DNA of 64,000 bases from an uncultured delta proteobacterium (lineage in GTDB: Bacteria; Desulfobacterota; Binatia; HRBIN30; BPIQ01): NCBI GenBank assembly GCA_963761335.1, contig CAVXGR010000017.1, positions 1-64,000 on the forward strand, in the 5' to 3' direction. The notes under the pieces were generated by a model. That model had not been told where the DNA came from, ran no database searches, and saw only the letters and a program-made list of their open reading frames with translations. The translations under genes and the position numbers were made by a program. Positions 1 to 9,493 of this stretch are shown piece by piece; position 1 is the first letter of the stretch, and each line of letters begins with the position of its first letter.

Positions 1-1
1 G

Positions 2-394
2 CGCCGCCGGCGCTGGAAGCTGGCGCGTTACTTCGACGATCCCGACGTTTGGTCGCATCCCGGGCGCTACGACGAGTACCGCTACCAGGAGCCGCCGCGG
101 GTGGGCGAGCTGGTGCGCCGCAGCGCGCCATTGGCGGACGAGCTCGAGCTCTACGACCTCGACGCCGATCCCTGCGAGGCGCGCAACCTGGCCAACGACC
201 CGGAGTACGCTGCCGTGCGCGAGGCGATGCTCGGGCTGCTGGCGCGCCAGCGGAAACAAGAGCGACTGGCACGTCGGCGACCCGTCCCGTACGCCGATGT
301 CGAGCCGCTGGCGGCGCCGCCGCAGCGGCTTCTGACGCTGCGCCAACCGCCGGCCTGGCTGGTCCGCCTGATCGACCGCGCCACCCGGCTGTAG
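2..394 (+). CDS. Sulfatase-family hydrolase, C-terminal part (5' end outside window)
   Basis: Frame open from the window edge; WKLARY...ELYDLDADPCEARNLA is the typical sulfatase C-terminal motif (ELYDL..DP.E..NL). Confidence 0.7.
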   Translation, partial: RRRRWKLARYFDDPDVWSHPGRYDEYRYQEPPRVGELVRRSAPLADELELYDLDADPCEARNLANDPEYAAVREAMLGLLARQRKQERLARRRPVPYADVEPLAAPPQRLLTLRQPPAWLVRLIDRATRL

Positions 395-591
395 GCGTTC
401 AGCGGACAAGTCTGCCTAAAGGTCCGCTTCGACGTAACACCGGAGTATCAGGGGCTCCCCGGGGGGTGAAGATCGGCAACCTCGGCAAGCGCTCGAGGTT
501 GCAGTACCGCCGGCGTCTTGAAGCAGGAGCACTGACCCATTAGGAGAATGGGAGATGAGTCACCCACCTGCAGCCCAAATTCGATCCTCCG

Positions 592-621
592 TTGACACCA
601 TGGAATGGCCTGTGAAATACT
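592..621 (+). promoter_or_regulatory. Putative sigma70 promoter of the smc operon
   Basis: TTGACA at 592-597, 18-nt spacer, TG-n-AATACT extended -10-like element at 613-621, about 30 nt before the smc ATG. Confidence 0.45.
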
Positions 622-649
622 GCCGAAAAAGTGGGGTGGTGGGGGCTGC

Positions 650-3600
650 ATGAGGATTAAACAGCTCGAGCTTTTCGGGTTCAAGTCGTTCGTCGATCGG
701 ACGGTTCTGAACTTCTCCGCCGGCGTCTCCGGCATCGTTGGTCCCAACGGCTGCGGTAAGTCGAACATCGTCGACTCGATCCGCTGGGTCCTCGGCGAGC
801 AGAGCCCCAAGCACCTGCGCGGCTCGGCCATGGAGGACGTGATCTTCAACGGCAACGAGAGGCGCGCGCCACTGGGCATGGCAGAAGTGTCGCTGACCTT
901 CGAGAACGAGCCCCAGGCGGGGTCGCTCGAGCTGCTCGATCCCGATCTCGACGTCTCGGCAGTGCCGGCGCACGTGCGCAGCCTCGCGGAGATCACCGTG
1001 ACGCGGCGCTACTTTCGCTCGGGGGAGTCGGAGTACTTCATCAACCGCGCGCCCTGCCGCCTGAAGGACATCACCGAGCTCTTCCTCGGCACCGGCGTCG
1101 GCAGCAAGGCCTACGCGATCATCGAGCAGGGGCGGGTCGAGCAGCTGATCAACGCCAAGCCGGAGGACCGGCGGCTGTTCATCGAGGAGGCGGCGGGCAC
1201 CACGCTCTACCGCAGCCGCAAGCTCGCGGCCGAGCGCAAGATGGAGCGCACGCGCGAGAACCTGCTGCGCGTCAACGACATCCTCCGCGAGGTCGAGCGC
1301 CAGGTGCAGTACCTGAACCGGCAGGCCAAGAAGGCGGAGCAGTACCGCACCCTGCAGGCCGAGGCGCGCAGCCTCGAGCTGGCCATGGCGCGGGCGCAGT
1401 GGCGACATCTCGACGCCGAGGTGGCGGCACTCTCCGAGTCGCTCGCCGAGCTCGGCCGCGAGGAGGATCAGTCGCTGCTGCAGCTGAGCGAGGCGGAGGC
1501 CGAGCGGGGTCGCGCCCGGACCCGCGCTACCGAGTCAGAGCACCGGCTCGGGGCGCTGCGCGAGTCGGCGGCGCGCGCCAGCGCCGAGCTCGAGGCGGGA
1601 CGCCAGCGAACGGCGCGCCTGCGCCAGGAGATCGCCGATCGCGAGCAACGCCTGCAGCGCTTGCAGGAGGAGATCGCCGCCCTCGCGGCGCGGGCGGAGG
1701 CGCTGGCCGGCGACGGCGAGCAGATCGCCGAGGAGCAGCGGCGCTACGCCGAGCGCATCGCCGCCGAGGAGACGGAGCTGCAATTGCGGGCCGCCGCCGT
1801 CGAGGAGCAGCGGCATGCCGAGGCCGCCGCCGTGGCGCGGGCGGAAGCCAGCAAGGATCGATTGGTCGGTCTCCTGGCGGAGGAAGCCGATCTGCGCAAC
1901 CAGCTGAGTGCTCTGCAGCGTCGCGGCGAGGAGCTGCGGCGGCGCCTCGAGCGCCTTGCCGGCGAGGCCACCGAGGCCGCGGCCCAGCTGGGCGCCGTCG
2001 AGCAGGGCCTCGGCGGGCAGCGGCAGTTGCTGGCGGATCTGCAGCAGCGGCTGCGACAGCTCGAGGGAGAGCGCGAGGCCGGCTCGCAGCGGCTTCAGCA
2101 GATCGTCGCGGAGAAGCGCCGCGCCCAGGAACAGGTGGCGGCGGCGCAGGAGGAGGTGGTGCAGCTGCGCTCCCGCCTGCAGTCGCTCGAGGAGATTCAG
2201 CGCAACTACGAGGGCTACCAGCGCGGTGTGCGCGCCGTCATGCTGCGCCAGGGCGAGGAGTCTCGGGAAATGGGCGCCGACATCGCCGTCGGCGGCGACC
2301 TGCAGCTGGCGAGGTCCAGCGGCGGGCCGGTGGAGACGGGTATCCTCGGCGTGGTTGCCGACGTCATCAGCGCCCCGCGTGAGTACGAGCGCGCTGTGGC
2401 CGCGGTTCTCGGGGAGCGCTTGCAGTACGTCATCGTCAGCGGCGCCGAGCAGGCGATGGACGCCGTGCAGCTCCTGCGCGCCGAGGACTCGGGACGGAGC
2501 AGCTTCATTCCGCTGTCGCCGCGGCGGATCTCGCTGAACGGCCACAGCAGTGCCCCGTCGCTCAGCGCCCGGCTGCTCGATCTGGTCGAAGTTCAGGACG
2601 GCTACCGCGAGGTGGCCGAGATGCTGCTCGGGGACGTCCTGGTGGTGCCCGACATGAAGACGGCGCTGGCTCTCTGGCGCCGCAACGGTACTCACGTGAC
2701 CATGGTCACGCCCGAGGGCGACGTCCTCGACGCCTACGGCGTGGTCACCGGTGGCAGCGATCGTCCGATCGAGGAGCAGATTCTCGGCCGCCGGCGCGAA
2801 ATCCACGACCTCGAGGTGAGCGTCACCAGCGGCGCTGCCGCGGTCAAGTGTGCGGCCACGGCGGCGGCCGAGCTCGAGGCGGACGAAGCGAGGGAGAGCG
2901 AGGCACTGCGGCGCCTGGATGCCGGGGTGCACGAGCTGACCCTGGCGGTGCTGGCCGCGCAGAAGGATTGCGAGCGGCTCGAGGCCGAGCGGCCGCGATG
3001 CGTGCAGCGGATCGACGTCGTGCGCCTGGAGAGCGACAACGGCGCCCGCGAGGTGACTGAGGTCGACGCCGAGATCGCGCAGCTGCGCCAGCGGCTCGCC
3101 GCCGCCGAAGCCGAGCGCCTCGCGGTCGAGGGCGATCTCCAGGTCCGGCAGAGCGAAAGTGCGGCGCTCAAGACCGCCGCCGCGGCGGCTCTCGAAGAGC
3201 TCACGGGGGTGCGCGTGCGGGTGGCCGAGTCGCGCGAGCGGCAGCTGGCACTGGCGTCGCGCGCCGATGAGATCGCCCGGCAGCGGCACGAGATCGGCGA
3301 ACGCGCCGACCGTCTGCGCATCGAGGACGGCGAGCTGGCGCAGCGCCGCGAGGGCCTGCTCGCCGAGATCGAGTCGGGCGAGGCGGCGCTCGCCGGCGAC
3401 GAGGAGCGCGTGCGAGAGCTCGGCGCCGAGATTGCCGAGGCAGTGGCAGAGGTCGAGGTGGCGGAGCAGGCGGCGGCGCAGCAGGACCGCCAGGTCGACG
3501 ACCTCCGCCAGCGCATCGATGCCGGCCGCAGCGAGAGGGTCGGCAAGGAGACGGCTCTGGCGGAGCGGCGCATTCGCCGCGAGCACCTGGAGCAGAGCAT

Positions 3601-4303
3601 GCGCGAGAAGCACGAGGTCGATCTGCCCGCCGAGGCCGCCGGCGGCGACGAGGAGGTCGACCCGGATGCCGCGGCGCGGCTCGAGCAGCTGCGCCAGAAG
3701 CTGATCCGCATCGGCGAGGTCAACGTCAGCGCCATCGATGAGCTCAAGGAGCTCGAGGAACGCGCCGAGTTCCTGCGCACCCAGAAGGACGACCTGGAGC
3801 GCTCGCTCGCCGACCTGGAGCAGACGATCGGCAAGCTCAACCGCGCCTCCAAGGCGCGCTTCCAGGAGACTTTCGCCAAGGCGGACGAGAAGTTCCGCAC
3901 CGTGCTTCCGCGCCTGTTCCGCGGCGGCGAAGCGCGCCTGGTGCTCACCAACGAGAACAATATCCTGGAGAGCGGTGTCGAGATCTTCGTGCGCCCCCCG
4001 GGAAAGAAGCTGGACACGGTGACCCTCCTCTCCGGTGGCGAGAAGGCCCTGGTCGCCGTCAGCCTGATCTTCTCCCTCTTTCTCATCTCGCCGACGCCAT
4101 TCTGCTTCCTCGACGAGATCGACGCCCCGCTCGACGACGCCAATGTCGGCCGCTTCGTGCAGATGGTGCGCGAGATGCGGGAGCAGTCCCAGTTCATCCT
4201 CATCACGCACAACAAGCGCACCATGGAAGCGGCCGATTGTCTCTACGGCGTCACCATGGAGGAGCCGGGAGTGTCCACGGTGATCTCCGTCGCCATGCGC
4301 TAG
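650..4303 (+). CDS. smc: Chromosome segregation protein SMC
   Basis: MRIKQLELFGFKSF start, Walker A GPNGCGKSN, long coiled coils, hinge (GRSSFIPL...VTGG), signature LSGGEK, Walker B FLDEIDAPLD. Confidence 0.97.
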   Translation: MRIKQLELFGFKSFVDRTVLNFSAGVSGIVGPNGCGKSNIVDSIRWVLGEQSPKHLRGSAMEDVIFNGNERRAPLGMAEVSLTFENEPQAGSLELLDPDLDVSAVPAHVRSLAEITVTRRYFRSGESEYFINRAPCRLKDITELFLGTGVGSKAYAIIEQGRVEQLINAKPEDRRLFIEEAAGTTLYRSRKLAAERKMERTRENLLRVNDILREVERQVQYLNRQAKKAEQYRTLQAEARSLELAMARAQWRHLDAEVAALSESLAELGREEDQSLLQLSEAEAERGRARTRATESEHRLGALRESAARASAELEAGRQRTARLRQEIADREQRLQRLQEEIAALAARAEALAGDGEQIAEEQRRYAERIAAEETELQLRAAAVEEQRHAEAAAVARAEASKDRLVGLLAEEADLRNQLSALQRRGEELRRRLERLAGEATEAAAQLGAVEQGLGGQRQLLADLQQRLRQLEGEREAGSQRLQQIVAEKRRAQEQVAAAQEEVVQLRSRLQSLEEIQRNYEGYQRGVRAVMLRQGEESREMGADIAVGGDLQLARSSGGPVETGILGVVADVISAPREYERAVAAVLGERLQYVIVSGAEQAMDAVQLLRAEDSGRSSFIPLSPRRISLNGHSSAPSLSARLLDLVEVQDGYREVAEMLLGDVLVVPDMKTALALWRRNGTHVTMVTPEGDVLDAYGVVTGGSDRPIEEQILGRRREIHDLEVSVTSGAAAVKCAATAAAELEADEARESEALRRLDAGVHELTLAVLAAQKDCERLEAERPRCVQRIDVVRLESDNGAREVTEVDAEIAQLRQRLAAAEAERLAVEGDLQVRQSESAALKTAAAAALEELTGVRVRVAESRERQLALASRADEIARQRHEIGERADRLRIEDGELAQRREGLLAEIESGEAALAGDEERVRELGAEIAEAVAEVEVAEQAAAQQDRQVDDLRQRIDAGRSERVGKETALAERRIRREHLEQSMREKHEVDLPAEAAGGDEEVDPDAAARLEQLRQKLIRIGEVNVSAIDELKELEERAEFLRTQKDDLERSLADLEQTIGKLNRASKARFQETFAKADEKFRTVLPRLFRGGEARLVLTNENNILESGVEIFVRPPGKKLDTVTLLSGGEKALVAVSLIFSLFLISPTPFCFLDEIDAPLDDANVGRFVQMVREMREQSQFILITHNKRTMEAADCLYGVTMEEPGVSTVISVAMR

Positions 4304-4321
4304 TGGCGCGACCGATGCCGC

Positions 4322-5410
4322 ATGCCCAACCCCGAGGCCGTACTGGTTGCCGCCGCGGTGGCGGCGCTGCTGGCGGCACTGCTCCTCGCGGGTCTGCTCA
4401 CCGCTCTGGTGCGCTGGCGGCGGCGGCGCTCCCGGGCCGCCACCACTGCTGAGAGCGCCACCGGCGCCGCTCCCGCCGCCGTTGCCGCGGCGGCACCGGC
4501 GTCCTTCCGCGCCGGCCTGGCAAAGACCCGGCATCTCCTCGGCGACAGGCTCGGCAGCCTTCTCGGGCGCGACCGCGAGCTCGGCGCCTGGCTCGATGAC
4601 CTGGAGGAGGCGCTGATTATCGCCGACGTCGGCGTTGCCACCACCCAGCGCCTGCTGGCCGGCGTGCGCCGCCGGCCGCGGCTCGACTCCCCCGAGGCCG
4701 TGCTCGCCGCGCTCAAGGAAGAGACGCGAGAGCTGATGCGCCAGGAGCCGATCGAGGAGGTGGATGCGCAGCCGCGAGTGATCCTGGTGGTCGGGGTCAA
4801 CGGCGTCGGCAAGACGACCACCATCGGCAAGCTGGCGCACATGTACCAGCAGCAGGGCAAGCGCGTGCTTCTGGTGGCCGGCGACACCTTCCGGGCGGCC
4901 GCCGCGGAGCAGCTGGAGATCTGGGCGAAACGGGTCGGCTGTGATCTGGTGCGGCACCAGAGCGGCGCCGACCCCTCCGCCGTGGCCTTCGACGGCATTC
5001 GCGCGGCGCGCAGCCGCGACGCCGACGTCGCCATCATCGACACCGCCGGCCGCCTGCACGTGAAGGTCAACCTGATGGAGGAGCTGCGCAAGGTGGTCCG
5101 CGTCATCGGTCGGGAGATGCCGGGAGCCCCGCACGAGTCCTATCTCGTCCTCGACGCCACCACCGGACAGAATGCCCTGAGCCAGGCGCGCCTGTTTCGC
5201 GAGGCGTTGCCGCTGACGGGGCTCATCCTGACCAAGCTCGACGGGACCGCCAAGGGCGGGGCGGTGATCGCCGTCAACAGCGAAATCGGCCTGCCGGTTC
5301 GCTACGTCGGCCTGGGGGAGGGCCTCGACGACCTGCGGCCGTTCGACAGCGACGCCTTCGTCGAGGCGCTTTTCGAGCCGGAGGGGGCGGAAGCCGGCAC
5401 TGTCGCTTGA
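4322..5410 (+). CDS. ftsY: Signal recognition particle receptor FtsY with N-terminal TM helix
   Basis: [32 protein letters not shown] motifs of the SRP GTPase family. Confidence 0.96.
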   Translation: MPNPEAVLVAAAVAALLAALLLAGLLTALVRWRRRRSRAATTAESATGAAPAAVAAAAPASFRAGLAKTRHLLGDRLGSLLGRDRELGAWLDDLEEALIIADVGVATTQRLLAGVRRRPRLDSPEAVLAALKEETRELMRQEPIEEVDAQPRVILVVGVNGVGKTTTIGKLAHMYQQQGKRVLLVAGDTFRAAAAEQLEIWAKRVGCDLVRHQSGADPSAVAFDGIRAARSRDADVAIIDTAGRLHVKVNLMEELRKVVRVIGREMPGAPHESYLVLDATTGQNALSQARLFREALPLTGLILTKLDGTAKGGAVIAVNSEIGLPVRYVGLGEGLDDLRPFDSDAFVEALFEPEGAEAGTVA

Positions 5411-5476
5411 AGTTCTGCGGTGCCTCCTCTATCGTCGCGCCCGCACCGCCCACAAAATCAGAGAGAACGGAATTAC

Positions 5477-5704
5477 ATGGACCTGGAGAGTTTGAAGCTT
5501 CTTGAATCCAAGATTGCCAAGCTGTTGGATCGCCACGAAGAATTTCGCCGCGAGCGGGACACTCTGGCGCAGCGGCTCAAGGAGAAGGAGACGCAGTTCA
5601 CCGAGGTCGCCGGCCAGCTCAAGCAGTACGAGCAGGATCGCAAGGAGATCAAGAACCGGCTGGAGAAGATTCTGGGGCGGCTGAACGGTATCGATCTGCC
5701 CTGA
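5477..5704 (+). CDS. zapB: Cell division protein ZapB-like coiled coil
   Basis: 75-aa coiled coil (LESKIAKLL...RLEKILGRL) directly upstream of zapA. Confidence 0.7.
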   Translation: MDLESLKLLESKIAKLLDRHEEFRRERDTLAQRLKEKETQFTEVAGQLKQYEQDRKEIKNRLEKILGRLNGIDLP

Positions 5705-5709
5705 CGCCA

Positions 5710-5982
5710 ATGAAACGAGCGGTCGAGGTGAAGATTCTAGGACAGACCTTCACCGTCGCCAGCGATGAACGCGATGATCACCTTCGCAAGGTGGCCGAGA
5801 TGGTCGACGCGAAGATGCGCGAGCTGGCCGGCGGGCCGCGGGCGGTCACTACGGCCAATGTGGCCATTCTCGCCGCCTTGAATATCGCCAGTGAATACCA
5901 GAAACTCATGGACGAGCGGGAGGCGCTCCATCATGCGCTGGACAAGTTGGCCTGGCGCGTGCAGGAATGGTTGAAAGACTGA
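5710..5982 (+). CDS. zapA: Cell division protein ZapA
   Basis: VEVKILGQTF...VAEMVDAKM...AILAALNIA ZapA signature. Confidence 0.92.
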   Translation: MKRAVEVKILGQTFTVASDERDDHLRKVAEMVDAKMRELAGGPRAVTTANVAILAALNIASEYQKLMDEREALHHALDKLAWRVQEWLKD

Positions 5983-6045
5983 ATCGCCGGGGGCCCGCGG
6001 CTCGGCGCGAAACATTTCACAGAGGGGAGCACATTTTGGGAAAGA

Positions 6046-6208
6046 CGCACCGGGGGGTCCGAGTCGCTGTCGCAGCCGCTTGACGCCGAGAGCCGAGCGA
6101 GCCCGAGCGAGCGCTGCCGTGTTTCTGGGCCGGGGCGGTCGCACCGATTCCATTAGAGGGCAGGTTCGAGGCACCAGTCGGAGCAGCGGCGGGTCTCCCG
6201 CGGAGCGC
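6046..6208 (+). ncRNA. ssrS: 6S RNA-like rod, element 1
   Basis: Syntenic position zapA-ssrS-ygfA. Closing stem GGGGGGTCC/GGGTCTCCC plus GTCGCTGT/GCAGCGGC, an open central region, then CTTGA...GGTTCGAG resembling the 6S inner helix. Confidence 0.55.
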
Positions 6209-6213
6209 CAGTT

Positions 6214-6426
6214 CCAGGGGTCGGTAGGTGGTGGTGGGGATCTCGGACGAGACTGAATCTCATGTACGGATCTGATCGACATCGAGGGAGAACGGTAGAC
6301 GAAAGCAGCAGCCGCGGAGCCCGAGCCGAGCGGCGGCACGGCAGCCGTCCACCGCTCCGTATTCAGCCCAACCGAACGGAGCGCCCGACGCGCTTTTAGT
6401 CCTCCTGCAGCCGACCGATGCCCTGG
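6214..6426 (+). ncRNA. 6S RNA-like rod, element 2
   Basis: Closing stem CCAGGG/CCCTGG, TCGGT/ACCGA, GGGGA/TCCTC; inner helix CTGAA+TACGGA paired with TCCGTA+TTCAG; GTCCACC motif like the 6S ACCCACC; ends just before ygfA. Confidence 0.5.
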
Positions 6427-6444
6427 CCCGAAAGACGGGCAGGG

Positions 6445-7032
6445 ATGAAATCACTGAAGAGCGCCATCCGGCAGACACTGCGGGCCGAGCGGCGTGCACT
6501 CGCCCCTGGGGCGGTGCAGGCTGCCGGAGATGCGGTTGTCGCCCAGCTGTCGGCCTTTGCGCCCTACCAGGGCGCTGATTCCCTGCTCGCCTATGTATCC
6601 GCCGACAACGAAGTTCCCACCGCCGGCCTGATTGCCGACGCCCAGCGGCGCGGCGTACGCGTCTATTTGCCCCGCATTGCCGCCCAGGAATTTCTGCGGT
6701 TCGAGCCGGGTGAGCCGCTGGTGGCCGGCCCCTTCGGGATCCTCGAGCCATGCCGAGGCAGCCGTTTCAAGGGCGGCGCCGCCGTCGCCTTCGTGCCGGT
6801 GGTGGCGTGGGACCCGCGGGGGGTGCGCCTGGGGCGCGGCGGCGGTTGGTACGACCGCGTTCTGGCCCGGCTCGGTCCGGGGCTGGTGCGCGCGGGCCTG
6901 GGGTACGAATTCCAGCGTCGGGAGGAGTTGCCGCGCGATGCGTGGGACGTTCTTCTCGACTTCGTGATTACGGAGAGGCGGGTGGTGCAATGCACCGGCG
7001 CGCCCCCGCTCTCGGAGAGGAGGATCGCGTGA
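6445..7032 (+). CDS. ygfA: 5-formyltetrahydrofolate cyclo-ligase
   Basis: KSAIR start, NEVPT, GILEP, RLGRGGGWYDR, WDVLLDFVITE motifs. Confidence 0.93.
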   Translation: MKSLKSAIRQTLRAERRALAPGAVQAAGDAVVAQLSAFAPYQGADSLLAYVSADNEVPTAGLIADAQRRGVRVYLPRIAAQEFLRFEPGEPLVAGPFGILEPCRGSRFKGGAAVAFVPVVAWDPRGVRLGRGGGWYDRVLARLGPGLVRAGLGYEFQRREELPRDAWDVLLDFVITERRVVQCTGAPPLSERRIA

Positions 7033-8597
7033 CCGGCGAAGTCATCGTCGTTGTTCTTTTGGCGGTTGCGTTGGGGTTGGCCTTTGCCTTCGTCCTCGAC
7101 GCCGTCCGCCGCAAACAAGCCAGCCGTGACGTGGCGGCCACCCAGCAGGTGGCGCTGCGCACCGTGGAAGAATCCAAGATCGAAGCGGAGGCCATCCGCA
7201 GAGAGGCGCAGATCGAGGCAAAGGAGGCCGTGGTTCAGTCGCGGGCGGAGATCGAACGCGACACCCGCGAGCGGAGAAAAGAGCTGCAGCAGCTGGAACG
7301 GCGGCTGACCGGTAAGGAGGAGGCCCTCGACAAGCGCGCCGAGCAGGCGGAGCGGCGCGACGTGGAGTTCAACCGGCGCGAGCAGAAGCTCAAGCAGCGC
7401 GAGGAGACGTTCGCCGAGCGCGATGCCGAGTGCACGCGTCTGACCGACGAGGTCAAGCGGCAGCTGGAGCAGGTCGCCGGGCTCACCCGCGACGAGGCCC
7501 GGCGCACCCTGGTGCAGCAGATGACCGACGAGGCCCGTCACGAGGCGGCCAAGCGCATCCGCCAGATCGAGGAGGAGGCGCGCGAGGAGTCCGACCGCAA
7601 GGCAAAGAAGATCGTGGCGATCGCCATCGAGCGTCTCGCCGGCGAGTTCGTCGCCGAACGCACGGTGACCACCGTGCACCTGCCGAGCGACGATATGAAG
7701 GGGCGGATCATCGGCCGCGAGGGCCGCAACATCCGCGCCATCGAGGCGGCCACCGGCGTCGACCTGATCGTCGACGACACCCCGGAGGCGGTGATCGTCT
7801 CCTGTCACAACCCCATCCGCCGCGAGATTGCCCGTCTGGCGCTGTCGCGGCTCATCTCCGACGGTCGCATCCACCCGGGACGGATCGAGGAGGTGGTGCG
7901 CAAGGCCGAGCAGGAGATCGACGAGACCATCCGCGAGGCCGGCCAGAAGGCCATGTTCGAGCTCGGGCTGCACGGCGTCCACCCCGAGCTGGTGAAGCTG
8001 GTGGGCATGCTGAAGTACCGCTACAGCTACGCGCAGAACGTCCTCATGCATTCCCTGGAGACGGCTTTCATCTGCGGTGCCATGGCCGCCGAGCTGGGGA
8101 TCAACGAGAAGCAGGCGCGGCGCGCCGGCCTTCTGCACGACATCGGCAAGGCGTTGACACACGAGGTCGAGGGCTCGCACGCCATCATCGGCGCCGAGAT
8201 GGCGCGCAAGTACGGCGAGTCCGCCAAGGTGGTCAACGCCATCGCCGCGCACCACGAGGAGGTCAAGGCGGAGACCATCCTGGCGCCGCTGGTCGACGCC
8301 GCCGACGCGCTCTCCGGGGCCCGTCCGGGAGCCCGGCGCGAGATGCTGGAGAGCTACGTCCACCGCCTCGAGGACCTGGAGCGCATCAGCAACTCCTTCC
8401 GCGGCGTGGAGAAGTCCTTCGCCGTGCAGGCGGGGCGCGAGATCCGCATCATCGTCGAGCCCCGCGCCGTCAGCGATGACCAGGCCACGCAGCTGGCACA
8501 GGAGGTGGCCCGCAAGATCGAGAGCGAAATGACCTATCCGGGACAGATCAAGGTGACGGTGATCCGCGAGATCCGTGCCCAGGAAATCGCCCGATGA
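7029..8597 (+). CDS. rny: Ribonuclease Y
   Basis: GTG start overlapping the ygfA stop (GTGA); N-terminal TM helix, coiled coil, KH domain (KGRIIGREGRNIR), HD domain (LLHDIGK). Confidence 0.96.
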   Translation: MTGEVIVVVLLAVALGLAFAFVLDAVRRKQASRDVAATQQVALRTVEESKIEAEAIRREAQIEAKEAVVQSRAEIERDTRERRKELQQLERRLTGKEEALDKRAEQAERRDVEFNRREQKLKQREETFAERDAECTRLTDEVKRQLEQVAGLTRDEARRTLVQQMTDEARHEAAKRIRQIEEEAREESDRKAKKIVAIAIERLAGEFVAERTVTTVHLPSDDMKGRIIGREGRNIRAIEAATGVDLIVDDTPEAVIVSCHNPIRREIARLALSRLISDGRIHPGRIEEVVRKAEQEIDETIREAGQKAMFELGLHGVHPELVKLVGMLKYRYSYAQNVLMHSLETAFICGAMAAELGINEKQARRAGLLHDIGKALTHEVEGSHAIIGAEMARKYGESAKVVNAIAAHHEEVKAETILAPLVDAADALSGARPGARREMLESYVHRLEDLERISNSFRGVEKSFAVQAGREIRIIVEPRAVSDDQATQLAQEVARKIESEMTYPGQIKVTVIREIRAQEIAR

Positions 8598-8700
8598 TAG
8601 GTTGTTAAGTTGTTAGGTTGTTGGGTTAGGCCTTTGCCGCGGAATGGGCGGCAGCGGCCTCGTAACCAACAACCTAACAACCAACAACCGAGCAACCTGT
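8597..8700. repeat. Long palindrome built from 7-8-nt tandem units
   Basis: Left arm AGGTTGTT-AAGTTGTT-AGGTTGTT-GGGTTAGG; right arm of AAC(C)AAC/AACAACCT units; inner stems GGCC/GGCC and TGCCGC/GCGGCA. Confidence 0.8.
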
Positions 8701-8707
8701 TCCTCCC

Positions 8708-9493
8708 ATGAACCTACTATTTCTCGGTGATGTAGTCGGCAAGCCGGGCCGGCAAGCGGTGGCGGCGCTGCTGCCGGCGCTGATCGATCGCGAGGAGATC
8801 GCCTTCGTGATCGCCAACTGCGAGAACGTCACCAACGGCGCCGGCGTGGACCCGAAGGGCGCCGAGGATCTGCTGCGCGCCGGCGTTGACGTGCTCACTT
8901 CTGGAAATCACATCTGGCGCATGAAGGAGATCGTGCCGTTCATCGAGAACGACGGCCGGCTGCTGCGGCCGGCCAATTTTCCCCCGGGAACACCGGGCTC
9001 GGGGTGCGTCGTGCGCGAGACGGCCGGCGGCGTGCGGGTTGCCGTCCTCAACCTCATCGGGCGAGTGTTCATGGACAGTGTCGATTGTCCGTTCCGCGCC
9101 GCCGAGGCGATCGTCCCCGAGCTGCGCCGCCAGGCCGATGTGGTCTTCGTGGACATGCACGCCGAGGCGACCTCGGAGAAGGGCGCCATGGGGTGGTTTC
9201 TCGATGGCCAGGTCTCGGCGGTGGTGGGCAGCCACACGCACGTGCAGACCGCCGACGAGCGTCTGCTGCCGGAGGGCACGGCCTACCTGACCGATGCCGG
9301 AATGTGCGGCCCGACCGAATCGGTCATCGGCGTGCGCCGCGAGCTGGTCATCCGCCGTTTTCTCTCGAAGATGCCGGTTCGCTTTGAGACCGCTGGCGGC
9401 GCCGCGATTCTCCAGGGGGCGCTCGTCGATGTTGACGAAAGCAGCGGCCGCGCCCGCTCCATTCGCCGCGTGCAGCAGAGGTTCGAGCGATGA
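8708..9493 (+). CDS. ymdB: YmdB-like 2',3'-cyclic nucleotide phosphodiesterase (TIGR00282 family)
   Basis: [34 protein letters not shown] motifs; follows rny. Confidence 0.93.
   Translation: MNLLFLGDVVGKPGRQAVAALLPALIDREEIAFVIANCENVTNGAGVDPKGAEDLLRAGVDVLTSGNHIWRMKEIVPFIENDGRLLRPANFPPGTPGSGCVVRETAGGVRVAVLNLIGRVFMDSVDCPFRAAEAIVPELRRQADVVFVDMHAEATSEKGAMGWFLDGQVSAVVGSHTHVQTADERLLPEGTAYLTDAGMCGPTESVIGVRRELVIRRFLSKMPVRFETAGGAAILQGALVDVDESSGRARSIRRVQQRFER

Noticed and set aside
395..570. Hairpins upstream of smc (e.g. GCAACCTCG/CGAGGTTGC at 476-502)
   Set aside because: No recognisable riboswitch or ncRNA motif; such stems are plausible by chance at this GC content.
1535..5134. 1199-aa ORF antisense to smc/ftsY, and similar shadow ORFs throughout
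   Set aside because: Antisense shadows of strongly supported genes.
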